In this document: positions 1 to 10,251 of the stretch, one piece after another
Numbering within the stretch: position 1 is the first letter of the stretch
Layout: the number at the start of each line of letters is the position of its first letter
Assembly (NCBI GenBank): GCA_963664815.2
Contig: CAXXHB010000003.1
Location: 1,312,001-1,376,000, forward strand
Source of the DNA: Spirochaetota bacterium
Lineage (GTDB): Bacteria; Spirochaetota; UBA4802; UBA5550
Length of the DNA stretch: 64,000 nt
Reading direction: 5' to 3'
The notes under the pieces: model-generated
Database searches by the model: none
Told to the model about the DNA's origin: nothing
What the model saw: only the letters and a program-made list of their open reading frames with translations
Made by a program: the position numbers and the translations under genes

Positions 1-117
1 CTGCTTAAAATCATGGTTGTAATAATATTTATAGTTCTCGGCATCATCATAGGGAAGATGGTTGATGACAGGTCTTCTGTCATTGAAGGAATAACAAATC
101 TATTCAGAAGAAGATAA
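1..117 (+). CDS. 3' end of small integral membrane protein (possibly DUF2273-like), truncated by window edge
   Basis: Frame 1 reads LLKIMVVIIFIVLGIIIGKMVDDRSSVIEGITNLFRRR* with a hydrophobic helix; stop at 115-117. Confidence 0.5.
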   Translation: MLKIMVVIIFIVLGIIIGKMVDDRSSVIEGITNLFRRR

Positions 118-135
118 CCCGGAAGACTGAATCAG

Positions 136-1353
136 ATGAAACAGTCGGGAGATAAAAATACATTTCAGCATCTTCACGAAGCTTACATTTCGTTTAAAAA
201 AAAGAAATACACAAACGCGGTAATTATTCTTGAACAGATTAAAGACGGAGGTCAGGAGGATCACTACGCTCTTTTTCTGAAGGCGGTCTGTCTGCTTTAC
301 CTCGGTAATCTGCAGGGAGCCAATATCCTGATGGATAAAATCCGGATTATTAATCCTGTATATACTCCATTTATCCAGCTTAAGGCCTTTCTTGCTTTGA
401 AGTCTTCCCTTAGCCGTGAGGATGCAATTGCCGAGTATATAAGTGCGCTTGAGAAAAAATCATCAGACAGGCTACTCCGCAGAGGACTAAGGAGAATAGA
501 GAAATCGGCTGATTTCTACAGATATCAGAAAGAGGCTAAACTGACCACTCTTGTGTCTGTTCCACGTCCCGGGAGGAGAAGTATTGTTTCTGTCAGTGAC
601 AGGCCGCAGCGAAGGATAGAGGCAGGTCGCCGGAGAGTTCGTATACCTGTAGTAAAACCGGCTTTAGTTCTGCCGATACTGCTGATCTTACTGTCTGTTG
701 CCGGTCTTACAGCTTTATTCTATAATATCGAAAAAATTAATTTCTTCGGCAGCCGTGATGCGGTGAAGCTAAGCAGAGAAAAAGTAAGTAAAATAGATAT
801 GGTGGATATCAGCGGTTCGGGATATGGTATTATTAACAGGATAAATAAAGATAAAACACCGGAATTCTACTCATCGGGAGATATCCTTTTAAACGATTTC
901 AATGAAGCAAGACTTCTTATGAAAAAGGGATATTTTAATAAGGCTATAATTATACTTAACAGGATAACTAACAGCAATGCCAGTTACCCGGTAAAGGAGA
1001 AAAGCGATTTTCTCATACGGTTTATTATGGAGTCCGATGAGAGAGTTTATGAAGAGATGGATCTGAAACAGTTCAGTGAAAAACCGCATCTCTTCCGGGG
1101 GAGCGCCGTGAAGTTTACAGGCAGAACCGCCAATGTAGCAGAGGGTAAAAGCGGAACAGCCTTCACTGTAATGGTAGGATATGACGGGAATAATTTTAAA
1201 GGTGTCTGTGATGTTTATGATTCCGCAAAAAGTGCTGTTGATAACGGGGACATGGTTGAAGTGCAGGGGCTTTTTATTCTTAATATAGGTAAAGGTGGTA
1301 TACCTTATATATCTGCAGAAAAGGTTAAGGTTATCAGTAAAAATAAAGGTTAA
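136..1353 (+). CDS. Hypothetical membrane protein with TPR-like N-terminus and OB-fold-like C-terminus
   Basis: 405-aa ORF; helical N-terminus, central TM segment (LVLPILLILLSVAGLTALF), beta-rich C-terminus ending GDMVEVQG. Confidence 0.6.
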   Translation: MKQSGDKNTFQHLHEAYISFKKKKYTNAVIILEQIKDGGQEDHYALFLKAVCLLYLGNLQGANILMDKIRIINPVYTPFIQLKAFLALKSSLSREDAIAEYISALEKKSSDRLLRRGLRRIEKSADFYRYQKEAKLTTLVSVPRPGRRSIVSVSDRPQRRIEAGRRRVRIPVVKPALVLPILLILLSVAGLTALFYNIEKINFFGSRDAVKLSREKVSKIDMVDISGSGYGIINRINKDKTPEFYSSGDILLNDFNEARLLMKKGYFNKAIIILNRITNSNASYPVKEKSDFLIRFIMESDERVYEEMDLKQFSEKPHLFRGSAVKFTGRTANVAEGKSGTAFTVMVGYDGNNFKGVCDVYDSAKSAVDNGDMVEVQGLFILNIGKGGIPYISAEKVKVISKNKG

Positions 1354-1394
1354 ACAATCCGCCGTTGCATCAGTATAAGAGTTCTTTTAATTTG

Positions 1395-2057
1395 TTATCT
1401 CTCCGCCGAAATAATCCAGTGTGAAATGACCTTTGATATATCTCCTATAATTGTTCTCTCCATCCAGCCGTAACTGAAAATCCCGAATATGCTGAATATA
1501 TCTTTTAACTCCTCCTCGCTGAAGAATGAGACAACGCCCCCGGTAAGATCGTCCAGTCCGGTTTTCCAGGTGTTATTTCCCAGATGATCCCCCGTTTTTA
1601 AATATGTATCATTGTCTCTTCTTAATGTGGCAAACAGAGTCCCTCCTTTTTTTATTACTCTTTTTGTCTCTCCAAGCATAAAACGCATTTCTTCTTTTGT
1701 CGAGTAGTGAAGGGAGCCCCAGGCGACGGCTATATCAAAGGTTTCATTTCTAAACGGCAGACTTTTATTGTCACAGTTAATCAGATTGTGAAAGCCTGCT
1801 TCACTGCAGATATTAAGAGCGTTAAGGCTGTAATCGCTTCCGAAAACTTCCGGAATTCCCGATTCTCTAAGGAGTGAAATATGCCTGCCGCTTCCGCATC
1901 CTATATCAATTGCGTTTAATTTATCTTTATTGCCGGCTTTTTTAAGTTTGCCTGCTATCAGACGCACAAGATTTTCATCAGGATATGATAATACAGATTT
2001 GTTTTTTTTATAATGGCTGTTCCATTCGTTCATTTTCATTCTGTATAATTTCTTCAT
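1395..2057 (-). CDS. Class I SAM-dependent methyltransferase
   Basis: Motif I DIGCGSGRH, FDIAVAWGSLHY, KKGG post-motif. Confidence 0.85.
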   Translation of the reverse strand: MKKLYRMKMNEWNSHYKKNKSVLSYPDENLVRLIAGKLKKAGNKDKLNAIDIGCGSGRHISLLRESGIPEVFGSDYSLNALNICSEAGFHNLINCDNKSLPFRNETFDIAVAWGSLHYSTKEEMRFMLGETKRVIKKGGTLFATLRRDNDTYLKTGDHLGNNTWKTGLDDLTGGVVSFFSEEELKDIFSIFGIFSYGWMERTIIGDISKVISHWIISAER

Positions 2058-3294
2058 CCTCTTTTTTTGATTCTTTTTTTATCCGGATATTCATCTCTTT
2101 TTCAGCTGAATCTGCATTTTCAATTGCGTGTTGAACAGTCTTGCCTGATGCAACTATTACACCAATACGGTCATGATTAGTTAAAGGGCGTGTAGTTTTT
2201 TCTCCAATATGCTTGAAGATTCTTGTGAAAATTATATCATCCATTTTCTGAACAGAATCGGTATTACATGATGTAAGTACACCGTTTGTTCCGGTTATAT
2301 ATTTTACAGCAACAGGATTATTTAATGATAATTTCAGCGGAATTTTAAAATCATATGAAGACGACGCCCTGAGCGTATTACCGAGATGATTGTAGCCTGT
2401 GGCGGCCGGTATCATTATATCCGGAATGAATTCACCGCCAAACTCCGGTACAGCCTCAAGGAGGTAAAGTTTTTCATCGCTGTCAACAACAAACTCCATA
2501 ATCAATGGTGCAGTATGTATGTTAAAGGCATCTGCAATTTTCTGCCCGGTTTCAACTGTGTTATTTACCAGATGCTGGTACTTTGACGGTGCAGTATGCA
2601 TGATGTCGACAAAGTGTGGATGTGGAGTTGTTTTTTTATCGCTGACAAGTATATGGTAGTATTTTTTTTCATGAATAAGACCGGCGCAGATTATTTCATC
2701 TCCCGTTATGAACTGTTCAATAATATAATCCTGTGCGGAGTGATGTTTCATGAATTTATCAAATTCAGCGGAGTTCTTTATGAGTATCACATCCATTTTT
2801 GCATGGCCGGTTTGCGGCTTGGCAATAACTGGGTAGAGTGTCTCTTTAATACCGGAAATTTTTGTTTTCTGTGTAATATTTACGGATGCGGGTGTAAGTA
2901 TTCCATTCTCGTCGTATATTTTTTTTGTAGTTTTTTTATTAAGAAATTTTTTACTGTTTTCAAAAGGGAGGAAGGGCAGGCCGAATTTTTCACAGAGATA
3001 TGCTGTGGTGATAATTGCATTACCATATGATTTTGTCATTATAGTGGAAATTTTACCATCTACGAGCATCTCCCTGAGCTTTACATAGATACTTTCATAA
3101 TCTTCAACAGATTCCTGAATTTTAAGATCACAATGATAGAAGCCTGGTGCTGATGCATTCATATCAACTGCAATAACCTGAAACCCGTTTCTTTTTGCTT
3201 CTTTTATCAGTGGTATCTGATTTATACCTGCACCTATTGAAACAAAATAATCATTTGAAGGTCTGGTTTTTTTCCCGAATATTTTAAACTTCAT
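2008..3294 (-). CDS. ATP-grasp domain protein
   Basis: GAGINQ N-terminal loop, YPVIAKP, IIEQFITGDE, LLEAVPEFGG motifs. Confidence 0.85.
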   Translation of the reverse strand: MKFKIFGKKTRPSNDYFVSIGAGINQIPLIKEAKRNGFQVIAVDMNASAPGFYHCDLKIQESVEDYESIYVKLREMLVDGKISTIMTKSYGNAIITTAYLCEKFGLPFLPFENSKKFLNKKTTKKIYDENGILTPASVNITQKTKISGIKETLYPVIAKPQTGHAKMDVILIKNSAEFDKFMKHHSAQDYIIEQFITGDEIICAGLIHEKKYYHILVSDKKTTPHPHFVDIMHTAPSKYQHLVNNTVETGQKIADAFNIHTAPLIMEFVVDSDEKLYLLEAVPEFGGEFIPDIMIPAATGYNHLGNTLRASSSYDFKIPLKLSLNNPVAVKYITGTNGVLTSCNTDSVQKMDDIIFTRIFKHIGEKTTRPLTNHDRIGVIVASGKTVQHAIENADSAEKEMNIRIKKESKKEDEEIIQNENERMEQPL

Positions 3295-3546
3295 ATTATA
3301 TTTCCGGCCCTCCAGTGATATTTGTAGACACTTTTAAGTAACAATTATAAACACTAAATCAACGACAGTGGTTTTATATATCTTAATCGCTCTGAAGCGA
3401 AATGTTAAAAACAACCTTTCTGATTTAAAAGTCGGGAAATTTTTAAAAATTCTAAACTATATATAGTTATATAGCAATACAAATTTTATATGATTGGAAG
3501 GATTAATTGAATTTAGGTGTTATTGTATGCGGATAAAGAGGATTTA

Positions 3547-4032
3547 TCAGGTTTTACAGAATGATGAATAAACCAGTTTCTGTACATCTTCACAACTTAC
3601 AATTTTTTTATAAACAGGACAGTCTCTGCAGGAAGGAAAAGGATCGAGACATTTTTCTACAGTTGCCCAGCAGGGTTTTGTGCTTATATTGTAAGCTTTA
3701 CAGAGAGTCCCATGTTTTGAATTGCATTTTCTAAGCTTGAAACATGGTACAAATGCAAGCAGCCTTCTTATCCCCTCAAAATTCAGTCCCTCTTCCTGTA
3801 TCATTTTTTTTATGCATTTGACTTTTTCAATCTCCAGGTCGGAGTATAATCTTCTCCCTGTGGTGGTTTTGTAAGTGATTATCAGCCCTTCCGCTTCGTA
3901 TAATCTCAGGGTGTGCACTGATACGCCGAGTTTTGCCGCAGCCACACCTATCGTATAAACAGGCTCAAAGAAGTCCCGTGAGTCGCGGTTTATTTCAGGA
4001 GTATATTCACTTTCATCTTTTATAGTGTTCAT
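3547..4032 (-). CDS. MerR/HspR-like transcriptional regulator with Cys-rich C-terminal domain
   Basis: YTIGVAAAKLGVSVHTLRLYEAEGLI...GRRLYS MerR HTH; many Cys residues in the C-terminal half. Confidence 0.85.
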   Translation of the reverse strand: MNTIKDESEYTPEINRDSRDFFEPVYTIGVAAAKLGVSVHTLRLYEAEGLIITYKTTTGRRLYSDLEIEKVKCIKKMIQEEGLNFEGIRRLLAFVPCFKLRKCNSKHGTLCKAYNISTKPCWATVEKCLDPFPSCRDCPVYKKIVSCEDVQKLVYSSFCKT

Positions 4033-4293
4033 ATTTTGTTTAAGTCCGGTTCCCTGTCAGAAAACATTTTTCTGCAACTCTTTGAACAAAGCAATGATTT
4101 TTTTAAATAAAAGTAACGTCATATTTAAGGCGTTACTTTTATTCTGTGTTATAACTGTAAAGTTAATTATTTTCTGAATAATGATCATCTATATGCTGTA
4201 AAAAAGATTTTCATTGTTCTTTTTAATTCTCATCTGAGCATCCGGTTCGAATTTATGCTATATATATAAATGAAAACCGCCTGATCCAGGTTG

Positions 4294-5472
4294 TCAGAAA
4301 TTATATGCTATACCCATATCCAGTGAGTATTGCGACATCTTTGTCTCACCCAGAGAAGATTTAACCTTAGCTTCCGGTGAATACATGTAACCGAGTTCAA
4401 GGGAAAGTTTTTCGCCAAGTTTAACACCTGCACCGGCTGTATAGTGCCATTCTGAAACAGCAGGAAAAAACATGTTTGCATTTAGAGCATTAGAGTTATC
4501 TTCACTTAACGGCATCTTCCCGTAATTCAGACCAGCCCTTATTTTCAGGATAGGCATAACATTATACTGTAAGCCGAATTTATATACAATCTGGTCATCC
4601 CACTGCATGTCGAAGCTTCTGTCACCGGTTGCAGAACCGGTATATTCGGGCAGATTATTCCCGTTGGTTTCAGACCATCTGATCCACTGCAGATCAAAAG
4701 CAATAACAAGTCCGGTAACAGGTTTAAATCCAAAACCGATAGTAGCACTCATGGGCTGGTCAAATGTCAGAGTATTCCGGGCAGTTCCTGCGGTTGATAT
4801 GTATTGATTGAATTTAAAATCCTGAAATTTACTTTTTGTTTCATAAACAATACCTACAGTCAGCATATCAACAGGTTTTACAGTAACACCTATTGTGCCG
4901 CCATAACCGAATGCAGATGACGTCATGTCAACAATCTGTGCGCCAAAACCCGGGTTGTACATTGAATATTCCATTGTGGCATACATAACATTCAGCGTAG
5001 CTCCAATAGATATCATATCATTTACTTTGTAGGAAATTCCTGGTGCGAATCTCATGTTGGTATAGTTCGTGTAAAGCAGACCACCGGATGAGGCACCAAG
5101 ATCGTAGTCAACTCCCATTCCCGAAACTCCATACGCTCCAAGACCAAATGTCATATCTGCATTAAGAGGTATAATCATTCCGAATGCAGGTACAGGAGAT
5201 GCCTTTTTATCTGATGTAAACTCTGCTCCCGATGCCGTTTCGGTTTTAACTGTCGGGGCAAAGTACGAGGCACCGAAATCGACTCTTCCTCCAAGCGACT
5301 GGATTCCTGCAGGATTGGTAAGAATAGATGCCGCGTCAAGATTAACTCCGGTACTCGCTCCACCCATGGAATCCTGTACCGGGCCAAAACCTATCATTCT
5401 CATGCCGTTTGTGGCAAAAGCGTTTGATACTGCTACCAACATTAGTATTGACAAAATGAAACTTTTTTTCAT
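4294..5472 (-). CDS. FadL/OmpP1/TodX-family outer-membrane channel
   Basis: Signal peptide, ATNG...GFG...MGGA, NPAG plug motif, C-terminal YNF beta-barrel signature. Confidence 0.85.
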   Translation of the reverse strand: MKKSFILSILMLVAVSNAFATNGMRMIGFGPVQDSMGGASTGVNLDAASILTNPAGIQSLGGRVDFGASYFAPTVKTETASGAEFTSDKKASPVPAFGMIIPLNADMTFGLGAYGVSGMGVDYDLGASSGGLLYTNYTNMRFAPGISYKVNDMISIGATLNVMYATMEYSMYNPGFGAQIVDMTSSAFGYGGTIGVTVKPVDMLTVGIVYETKSKFQDFKFNQYISTAGTARNTLTFDQPMSATIGFGFKPVTGLVIAFDLQWIRWSETNGNNLPEYTGSATGDRSFDMQWDDQIVYKFGLQYNVMPILKIRAGLNYGKMPLSEDNSNALNANMFFPAVSEWHYTAGAGVKLGEKLSLELGYMYSPEAKVKSSLGETKMSQYSLDMGIAYNF

Positions 5473-5547
5473 ACTGAACCTCGCTTTATAGTTTTAACCT
5501 GCCCTGTGCCTCTCTACAGGCCGGGCAGGGTTTTTTAAGAGTATTTT

Positions 5548-6795
5548 TTATATTTTTAGATTTTCACATACAATCTCTGTCAGGTATTTAACCTCCACAT
5601 CAAGTCCATAACCGCTTTTAATCAGCTGCAGCTGAGTCACGCAGTTTTCGCAGGCTGAGACCACTACTTTAGCGCCGGTTTTAACTATCTGTTCTTTTTT
5701 AGGTTTTCCGGTTTTAATACGGAACTCCTCGTTGTCCAGGGCTCCAAGACCACCGCCGCCTCCGCAGCACCAGTTCTGTTCCCGGTTTGGAGTCATTTCC
5801 CTGTAATCTGAAGCTATGAATTTAAGGACATCGCGCGGTTCCTCGTAAATACCACCATTTCTGCCGAGCTGACAAGGGTCATGGTATGTAATGGCTTCAG
5901 TTACGGATTTTTCTTTCAGTTTAATTCTTCCGCTTTTCATATACCGGTATATTACCTCGACAATACTTGAGACCCTGAAGGGGAGTTCTCCCATAAGGCT
6001 GTGAAGAATCCTGAAAGCAGTACCGCATTCAACCATAACAACTTCTTTTACTTTTAACGATATGGCCTCCTTAATTATCCGTTGGGCGATGAAATCAGCT
6101 TTTTCCGGATCTCCGGCAAAGAATCCGAAATTAACACCTTCAAAGTAACTGAGAGTCCAGTTTTCCTTTGCAGCATTGAAAATTACAGCCGGATTTACTA
6201 TAGAGTGAGCACCCGCAAGTCCTACATATAATATGTCCGCATTCATTTTCTCCATAGGTATAAGATTTTCAGATGAAGGGAGCATAAGCTTTTCCTGAAC
6301 AGTTTTTTCAAGGTCATGAATTATATCACGGTATCCATTTTTGAATTCATCTATACTTTTTCCTTTTTCAACTGCGGCGTCGGCTAGCATCACAAGCTCT
6401 TCAGGTGCTGTGCCGTTTTTTACAAGGAGATGTTTGGCTACACCCATCATCATCCCGGTATCAATTCCGAACGGACAGTTCACCATACAGCGACGGCATC
6501 CCGTGCAGGACCATGCAGCTTCATGCAGCTGATCCATTACAGTGTCGCTGAATTCTGCTGCATCAGTCAGATAAGGGAATAACGTTCCTGACGGGCGGGT
6601 ATATCTTTTGTAAAGTCTGCGTAATACCTCGGCGCGCCCTACCGGGGAAAATTCTTTTTTAGGAATCCCGTTATATGCATGGCATGTATCGTAGCACAAA
6701 CCGCATCGTGTGCATGTATCCACATAATACTTCATGGGCCTGTTTAAACGGGACTTCAGTACACTTTTAAGTTCTCTGATTTTTTCTTTTTCCAT
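5548..6795 (-). CDS. (Fe-S)-binding heterodisulfide-reductase-like protein (DsrK/HmcF/TmcB/HdrD-like)
   Basis: CTRCGLCYDTC and CTGCRRCMVNCP ferredoxin motifs; YHDPCQLGR and WCCGGGGG CCG domain. Confidence 0.85.
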   Translation of the reverse strand: MEKEKIRELKSVLKSRLNRPMKYYVDTCTRCGLCYDTCHAYNGIPKKEFSPVGRAEVLRRLYKRYTRPSGTLFPYLTDAAEFSDTVMDQLHEAAWSCTGCRRCMVNCPFGIDTGMMMGVAKHLLVKNGTAPEELVMLADAAVEKGKSIDEFKNGYRDIIHDLEKTVQEKLMLPSSENLIPMEKMNADILYVGLAGAHSIVNPAVIFNAAKENWTLSYFEGVNFGFFAGDPEKADFIAQRIIKEAISLKVKEVVMVECGTAFRILHSLMGELPFRVSSIVEVIYRYMKSGRIKLKEKSVTEAITYHDPCQLGRNGGIYEEPRDVLKFIASDYREMTPNREQNWCCGGGGGLGALDNEEFRIKTGKPKKEQIVKTGAKVVVSACENCVTQLQLIKSGYGLDVEVKYLTEIVCENLKI

Positions 6796-6798
6796 AAT

Positions 6799-7515
6799 TT
6801 ACTTCCTCTTCAGGTTTAATGAAAGAAATGCAAACACCATATGTACCATCTTTGTGAAAGGGAGCATCATTAAAACGATGTTTGCGAGAAAGATATGCAG
6901 AGCGATGAGTACAAAGTGAGGTGAGCCGGCCATGTTTTCCGGGATAACCGGTTTGAGCGCTATTATGCTTCCCAGATATTCCCTGTACATATCAGCGTTA
7001 ACTCCGAATTGTGCCATCCCATAACGCTCACCGATATGCAGATGAGTGCCGATTACTGATGTGACAAAAAGAAGAAGAAGTATTATAAAGTCCTCCGGAA
7101 CTGATATCTCTCTCCAGGGGGTCCGAAACCTTCTAAAGAGAAAATAGAGCAGAGATGCAATAACTGTCAGTCCGACTGCACCCGCACCCAGAAAAACTTC
7201 ATGGCGGATTAACTGAATGATTTTAAATTCCCTGATGAGTTCAATGTGCCCCAGCAGCAGAAGAAACATTGCAATGTGAAACAGAACAATAAAAAACCAG
7301 AAGACTTTTGCCTTGCCCCAGGCTGAAGGAACAGACAATGCTTCTGCAGCGATGCCGACTGGGCGCGGCAACTTCCGGGGGTATGTCGCAAGTGAACCGC
7401 GGAATTTTTTTGAGAAAAAAACCGCCGCAAGTTTGAAAATTATTCCCCCTGCAAAAACAGCAGCCGCAGTGTACAGCATAGGAACCATGGCAAAATAATA
7501 AATTTTATCCCACAT
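6799..7515 (-). CDS. NarI-like membrane b-type cytochrome (DsrM/HmcE/TmcC-like)
   Basis: Multiple TM helices, FH...GH heme ligands, LFRR, H...LPFTKMVH C-terminal signature; adjacent to DsrK-like gene. Confidence 0.8.
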   Translation of the reverse strand: MWDKIYYFAMVPMLYTAAAVFAGGIIFKLAAVFFSKKFRGSLATYPRKLPRPVGIAAEALSVPSAWGKAKVFWFFIVLFHIAMFLLLLGHIELIREFKIIQLIRHEVFLGAGAVGLTVIASLLYFLFRRFRTPWREISVPEDFIILLLLFVTSVIGTHLHIGERYGMAQFGVNADMYREYLGSIIALKPVIPENMAGSPHFVLIALHIFLANIVLMMLPFTKMVHMVFAFLSLNLKRK

Positions 7516-7536
7516 AAATAATCCCTCTTACACGGT

Positions 7537-7776
7537 TTATTTTAATTTTTTAATATAGAAAACTGTAACGTTATCTTTTTTTTCTGTGCCGACAATTTCG
7601 TTTCCGGTGGACTTTGCCCAGGCCGGAAAATCGGCATGTGCTCCAGGATCTGTGGTTTCTGCTGCAAGAACCTGTCCAATCTGCATTTTTTTTATCTGCT
7701 GACTTACTTTAATAACAGGCATAGGGCATGCCACACCCTTGAGATCCATGCTGATATCTGATTTAATTTCGCTCAT
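7537..7776 (-). CDS. tusA: TusA-family sulfurtransferase
   Basis: DLKGVACPMP (CPxP) and TDPGAHADFPAW; start moved to ATG 7776 (MSEIKSD) after an AGGAG SD. Confidence 0.85.
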   Translation of the reverse strand: MSEIKSDISMDLKGVACPMPVIKVSQQIKKMQIGQVLAAETTDPGAHADFPAWAKSTGNEIVGTEKKDNVTVFYIKKLK

Positions 7777-7905
7777 ATTATTTCTCCTTTTAAATTTTAA
7801 AATTATTTCAATTAACGTTTCTGTCTGTAATTCCATAACTGGTGATATCAATACAGAAACATTCCAAATCCTTCAATGAGAATATTGCCTGCAGAATTTA
7901 CTTAA

Positions 7906-8445
7906 TCATATGAATAGCTGTATTTTGCTGTCGCCAGCCTCTTCCAGAAATTTTGCCACTCCGACGAACTCTCTTCCAGGATAGTCGATCATCTCATCCT
8001 GTTTAAAACCCATAAGATCCATTGACATATCGCATATGTAGATCTTAACCTCCATTTCTATTGCCATGGACCGTAATTCTTCAAGTGATGCTACATTTTT
8101 CTTCTTCATCAGATGTTTCATCATTCCTGTTCCCATTCCACCCATGTTCATTCTGGAGAGTTTAACCTTACCTGCACCTTTCGGCAGCATAAATCCGAAC
8201 ATTTTACCGAAGAGATCTTTCCCTTTCCCTTTTTTCTTCTTATCCCTCAGGGAGGGTGTAGCCCAGAATGTGAAAAACATAACTACTTCCATTCCCATTG
8301 CGGCAGCGCCTGTTGCGATTATAAACGCTGCCAGAAGTTTATCCAGGTCGCCGCTGAAGACAACCATTGACAGCTTGTTTTTTCTGTCGTCACGGACCTG
8401 CTTCATTTCGTTCTGCAGTGATTCAATTACTTTTTGAACATCCAT
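7906..8445 (-). CDS. DsrE2/DsrE-F/DrsH-like sulfur carrier
   Basis: VVFSGDLDK, MFFTFW, LSRMNMGGMG, ICDMSMDLMG (conserved Cys), VGVAKFL. Confidence 0.85.
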   Translation of the reverse strand: MDVQKVIESLQNEMKQVRDDRKNKLSMVVFSGDLDKLLAAFIIATGAAAMGMEVVMFFTFWATPSLRDKKKKGKGKDLFGKMFGFMLPKGAGKVKLSRMNMGGMGTGMMKHLMKKKNVASLEELRSMAIEMEVKIYICDMSMDLMGFKQDEMIDYPGREFVGVAKFLEEAGDSKIQLFI

Positions 8446-8500
8446 AATATACTCCTCTTAATTGTATTACTCTGGAAAAATGAAAAATTAACAATAGTAA

Positions 8501-8612
8501 CTCCTGACCTTTTTTATAATATAAAATACTCTATATCTTACCGCCTCCAAAGTCGGCGGTGAGATATAATCGTTCATTTTAAACTGAAACTTATGATCAT
8601 GAATTAACATCG
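8501..8612 (+). repeat. Dispersed ~110-bp intergenic repeat, copy 1
   Basis: TCCTGAxCTTTTT..ATAAT..TACTCT..CCGCC-loop-GGCGGTGAGATATAA..GAATTAACATCG; similar sequence at 16358-16455, 19629-19737 (rc), 36779-36880 (rc), 38279-38340. Confidence 0.75.
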
Positions 8613-8702
8613 AAAATTTAAAATCTTAACCATACATCCTTAAGATATGTAAGGTTTGTGAATAAATCTATAAATGATATAATTTACAATCATATATGCT
8701 TA

Positions 8703-8758
8703 ATTGACACATGCATATAATCTATATTATATAATATAGATTATATGCATGTGTCAAT
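8703..8758. promoter_or_regulatory. Perfect 56-bp palindrome carrying TTGACA on both strands, between divergent genes
   Basis: ATTGACACATGCATATAATCTATATTAT|ATAATATAGATTATATGCATGTGTCAAT pairs at all 28 positions with no loop. Confidence 0.6.
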
Positions 8759-8898
8759 ATGTTTTTATCTTTTTTTATTTTTTTTTCATGTTTATAACTG
8801 GCGGTATTTAAAATTTAATTCTTGTTAATTTTATTGTATTAATTACAGACGTGTAATTAGCTTTTAAAATCTATTTGGCGTGTATCAAACGGGAGTAT

Positions 8899-10005
8899 AT
8901 GTTACCTGATATTTCAAATGCGTTTATACTTTTTGGCGGGGGGCTTTCTTTTTTGATTGCCCTTGTACAGCTTCTCCAGGCCAGGAGCAGGTTCAGGAAC
9001 ATTCTGCTTTTTTTAATTTTTTCAAGCCTTGCAGTTATCCAGGTTCAGGGATATGCCTTTTCAAGCACACACTATGAAAGATCCGGTTCAGGGATGATGA
9101 TCTTTCTCCTTGCTAAATTTATCTTCGGCCCGTCGATCTATATTTTTTACCTTTCTGTGTTCCAGAAAGATTATTTTTTTTCTACGAAAGAGTTTGTTCA
9201 TTTTCTTATGGCAGCTTTTGTCCTGTTGGTAATCATTATTGTAATGCTTCCGGCTGGTTACAGGACAGGCTTTCTTGCAATACCATATTCTTTTATAGAA
9301 AATGGTTCTGTTATTGAATACCTCCATTCTTTCGGCTTTGCCCTGATACTCGGTTATATACTTGCAATCTTTTCAAAACTTGAAGTTATGAAGGTTTTAC
9401 GTGATTCCAACAGGGACAGGCTGCTGATTGTAACAATTACAGTTATTACAATTTTATTTCTTATTACAACATTGATTATTGTGTCGATGATTACCGGTTA
9501 TAGTTCTTTTGCAAGGGGTGCCATGACACTTACAACACTCTTTGTAATATACTGGTTTGTAATCTCCCAGATCCATCCCGAGATTTTTCTTGTCGCTGCC
9601 GGCAGAAACAAAAAAACAAACCGGATAGAAGGACTTCTTCAGGGAATAGATATTAAAAAGCTTGAAGCCGGTCTCGATGAACTACTGATGAAAGAGAAAC
9701 TTTATTGCGACGAGGATCTCTCTCTCAGGAGACTTGCCGGACTTATCGGTATTCAGCCGCAGGAGCTTTCGGTATATTTAAATCACCACCTTCAGGTGAA
9801 TTTTAATTCTTTTATCAACAGGTACAGAGTTGATGAGGCAGTTAATATGATGAAGGATGACACAAACCGTTCCCTGCTTTCAATAGCCTTTGCTGTAGGC
9901 TTCAATTCAAAATCTGTTTTTTACGAGGCATTTACAAAACAGACAGGAATATCCCCCGCCCGTTACAGAAAATCCCTTGCTGCCGGACAAAAAAGTCCGG
10001 AATAA
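8899..10005 (+). CDS. Membrane-anchored AraC-family regulator
   Basis: About 7 TM helices then LYCDEDLSL..LA, FINRYRV, IAFAVGFNSKSVFYEAF HTH; GGAG SD before ATG 8899. Confidence 0.9.
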   Translation: MLPDISNAFILFGGGLSFLIALVQLLQARSRFRNILLFLIFSSLAVIQVQGYAFSSTHYERSGSGMMIFLLAKFIFGPSIYIFYLSVFQKDYFFSTKEFVHFLMAAFVLLVIIIVMLPAGYRTGFLAIPYSFIENGSVIEYLHSFGFALILGYILAIFSKLEVMKVLRDSNRDRLLIVTITVITILFLITTLIIVSMITGYSSFARGAMTLTTLFVIYWFVISQIHPEIFLVAAGRNKKTNRIEGLLQGIDIKKLEAGLDELLMKEKLYCDEDLSLRRLAGLIGIQPQELSVYLNHHLQVNFNSFINRYRVDEAVNMMKDDTNRSLLSIAFAVGFNSKSVFYEAFTKQTGISPARYRKSLAAGQKSPE

Positions 10006-10018
10006 TTTATCCGGTCGA
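9995..10018 (+). promoter_or_regulatory. Putative AraC operator GTCCGGA-N8-TCCGGTCGA
   Basis: Same motif and spacing at 41076-41099 downstream of the second AraC; TATAAT follows at 10043-10048. Confidence 0.6.
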
Positions 10019-10251
10019 TTTAAACTCAGAAACCGCTCATAGTATAATTAAGGTAGCGCGTTCAGGGTTGACTTTACCAGGTACATTGCGGGTTTGGCCG
10101 GGATAAACGGGAATATATGGATAAGGGATGTTTTTTACACCGCCGGTTCTTTCCAATAAACGGTAAATAACTATATTACTCATGAAACAATCCTGAAAAA
10201 CTACCTGAGAATTATTAAAAGAAAATAAACTGATTTTCAGGAGTGGCCTGT

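Noticed and set aside
5548-8445. Evidence of dissimilatory sulfate reduction
   Set aside because: No dsrAB, dsrC, dsrJOP, apr or sat in the window; DsrMK-like pairs occur in many non-sulfate-reducing anaerobes
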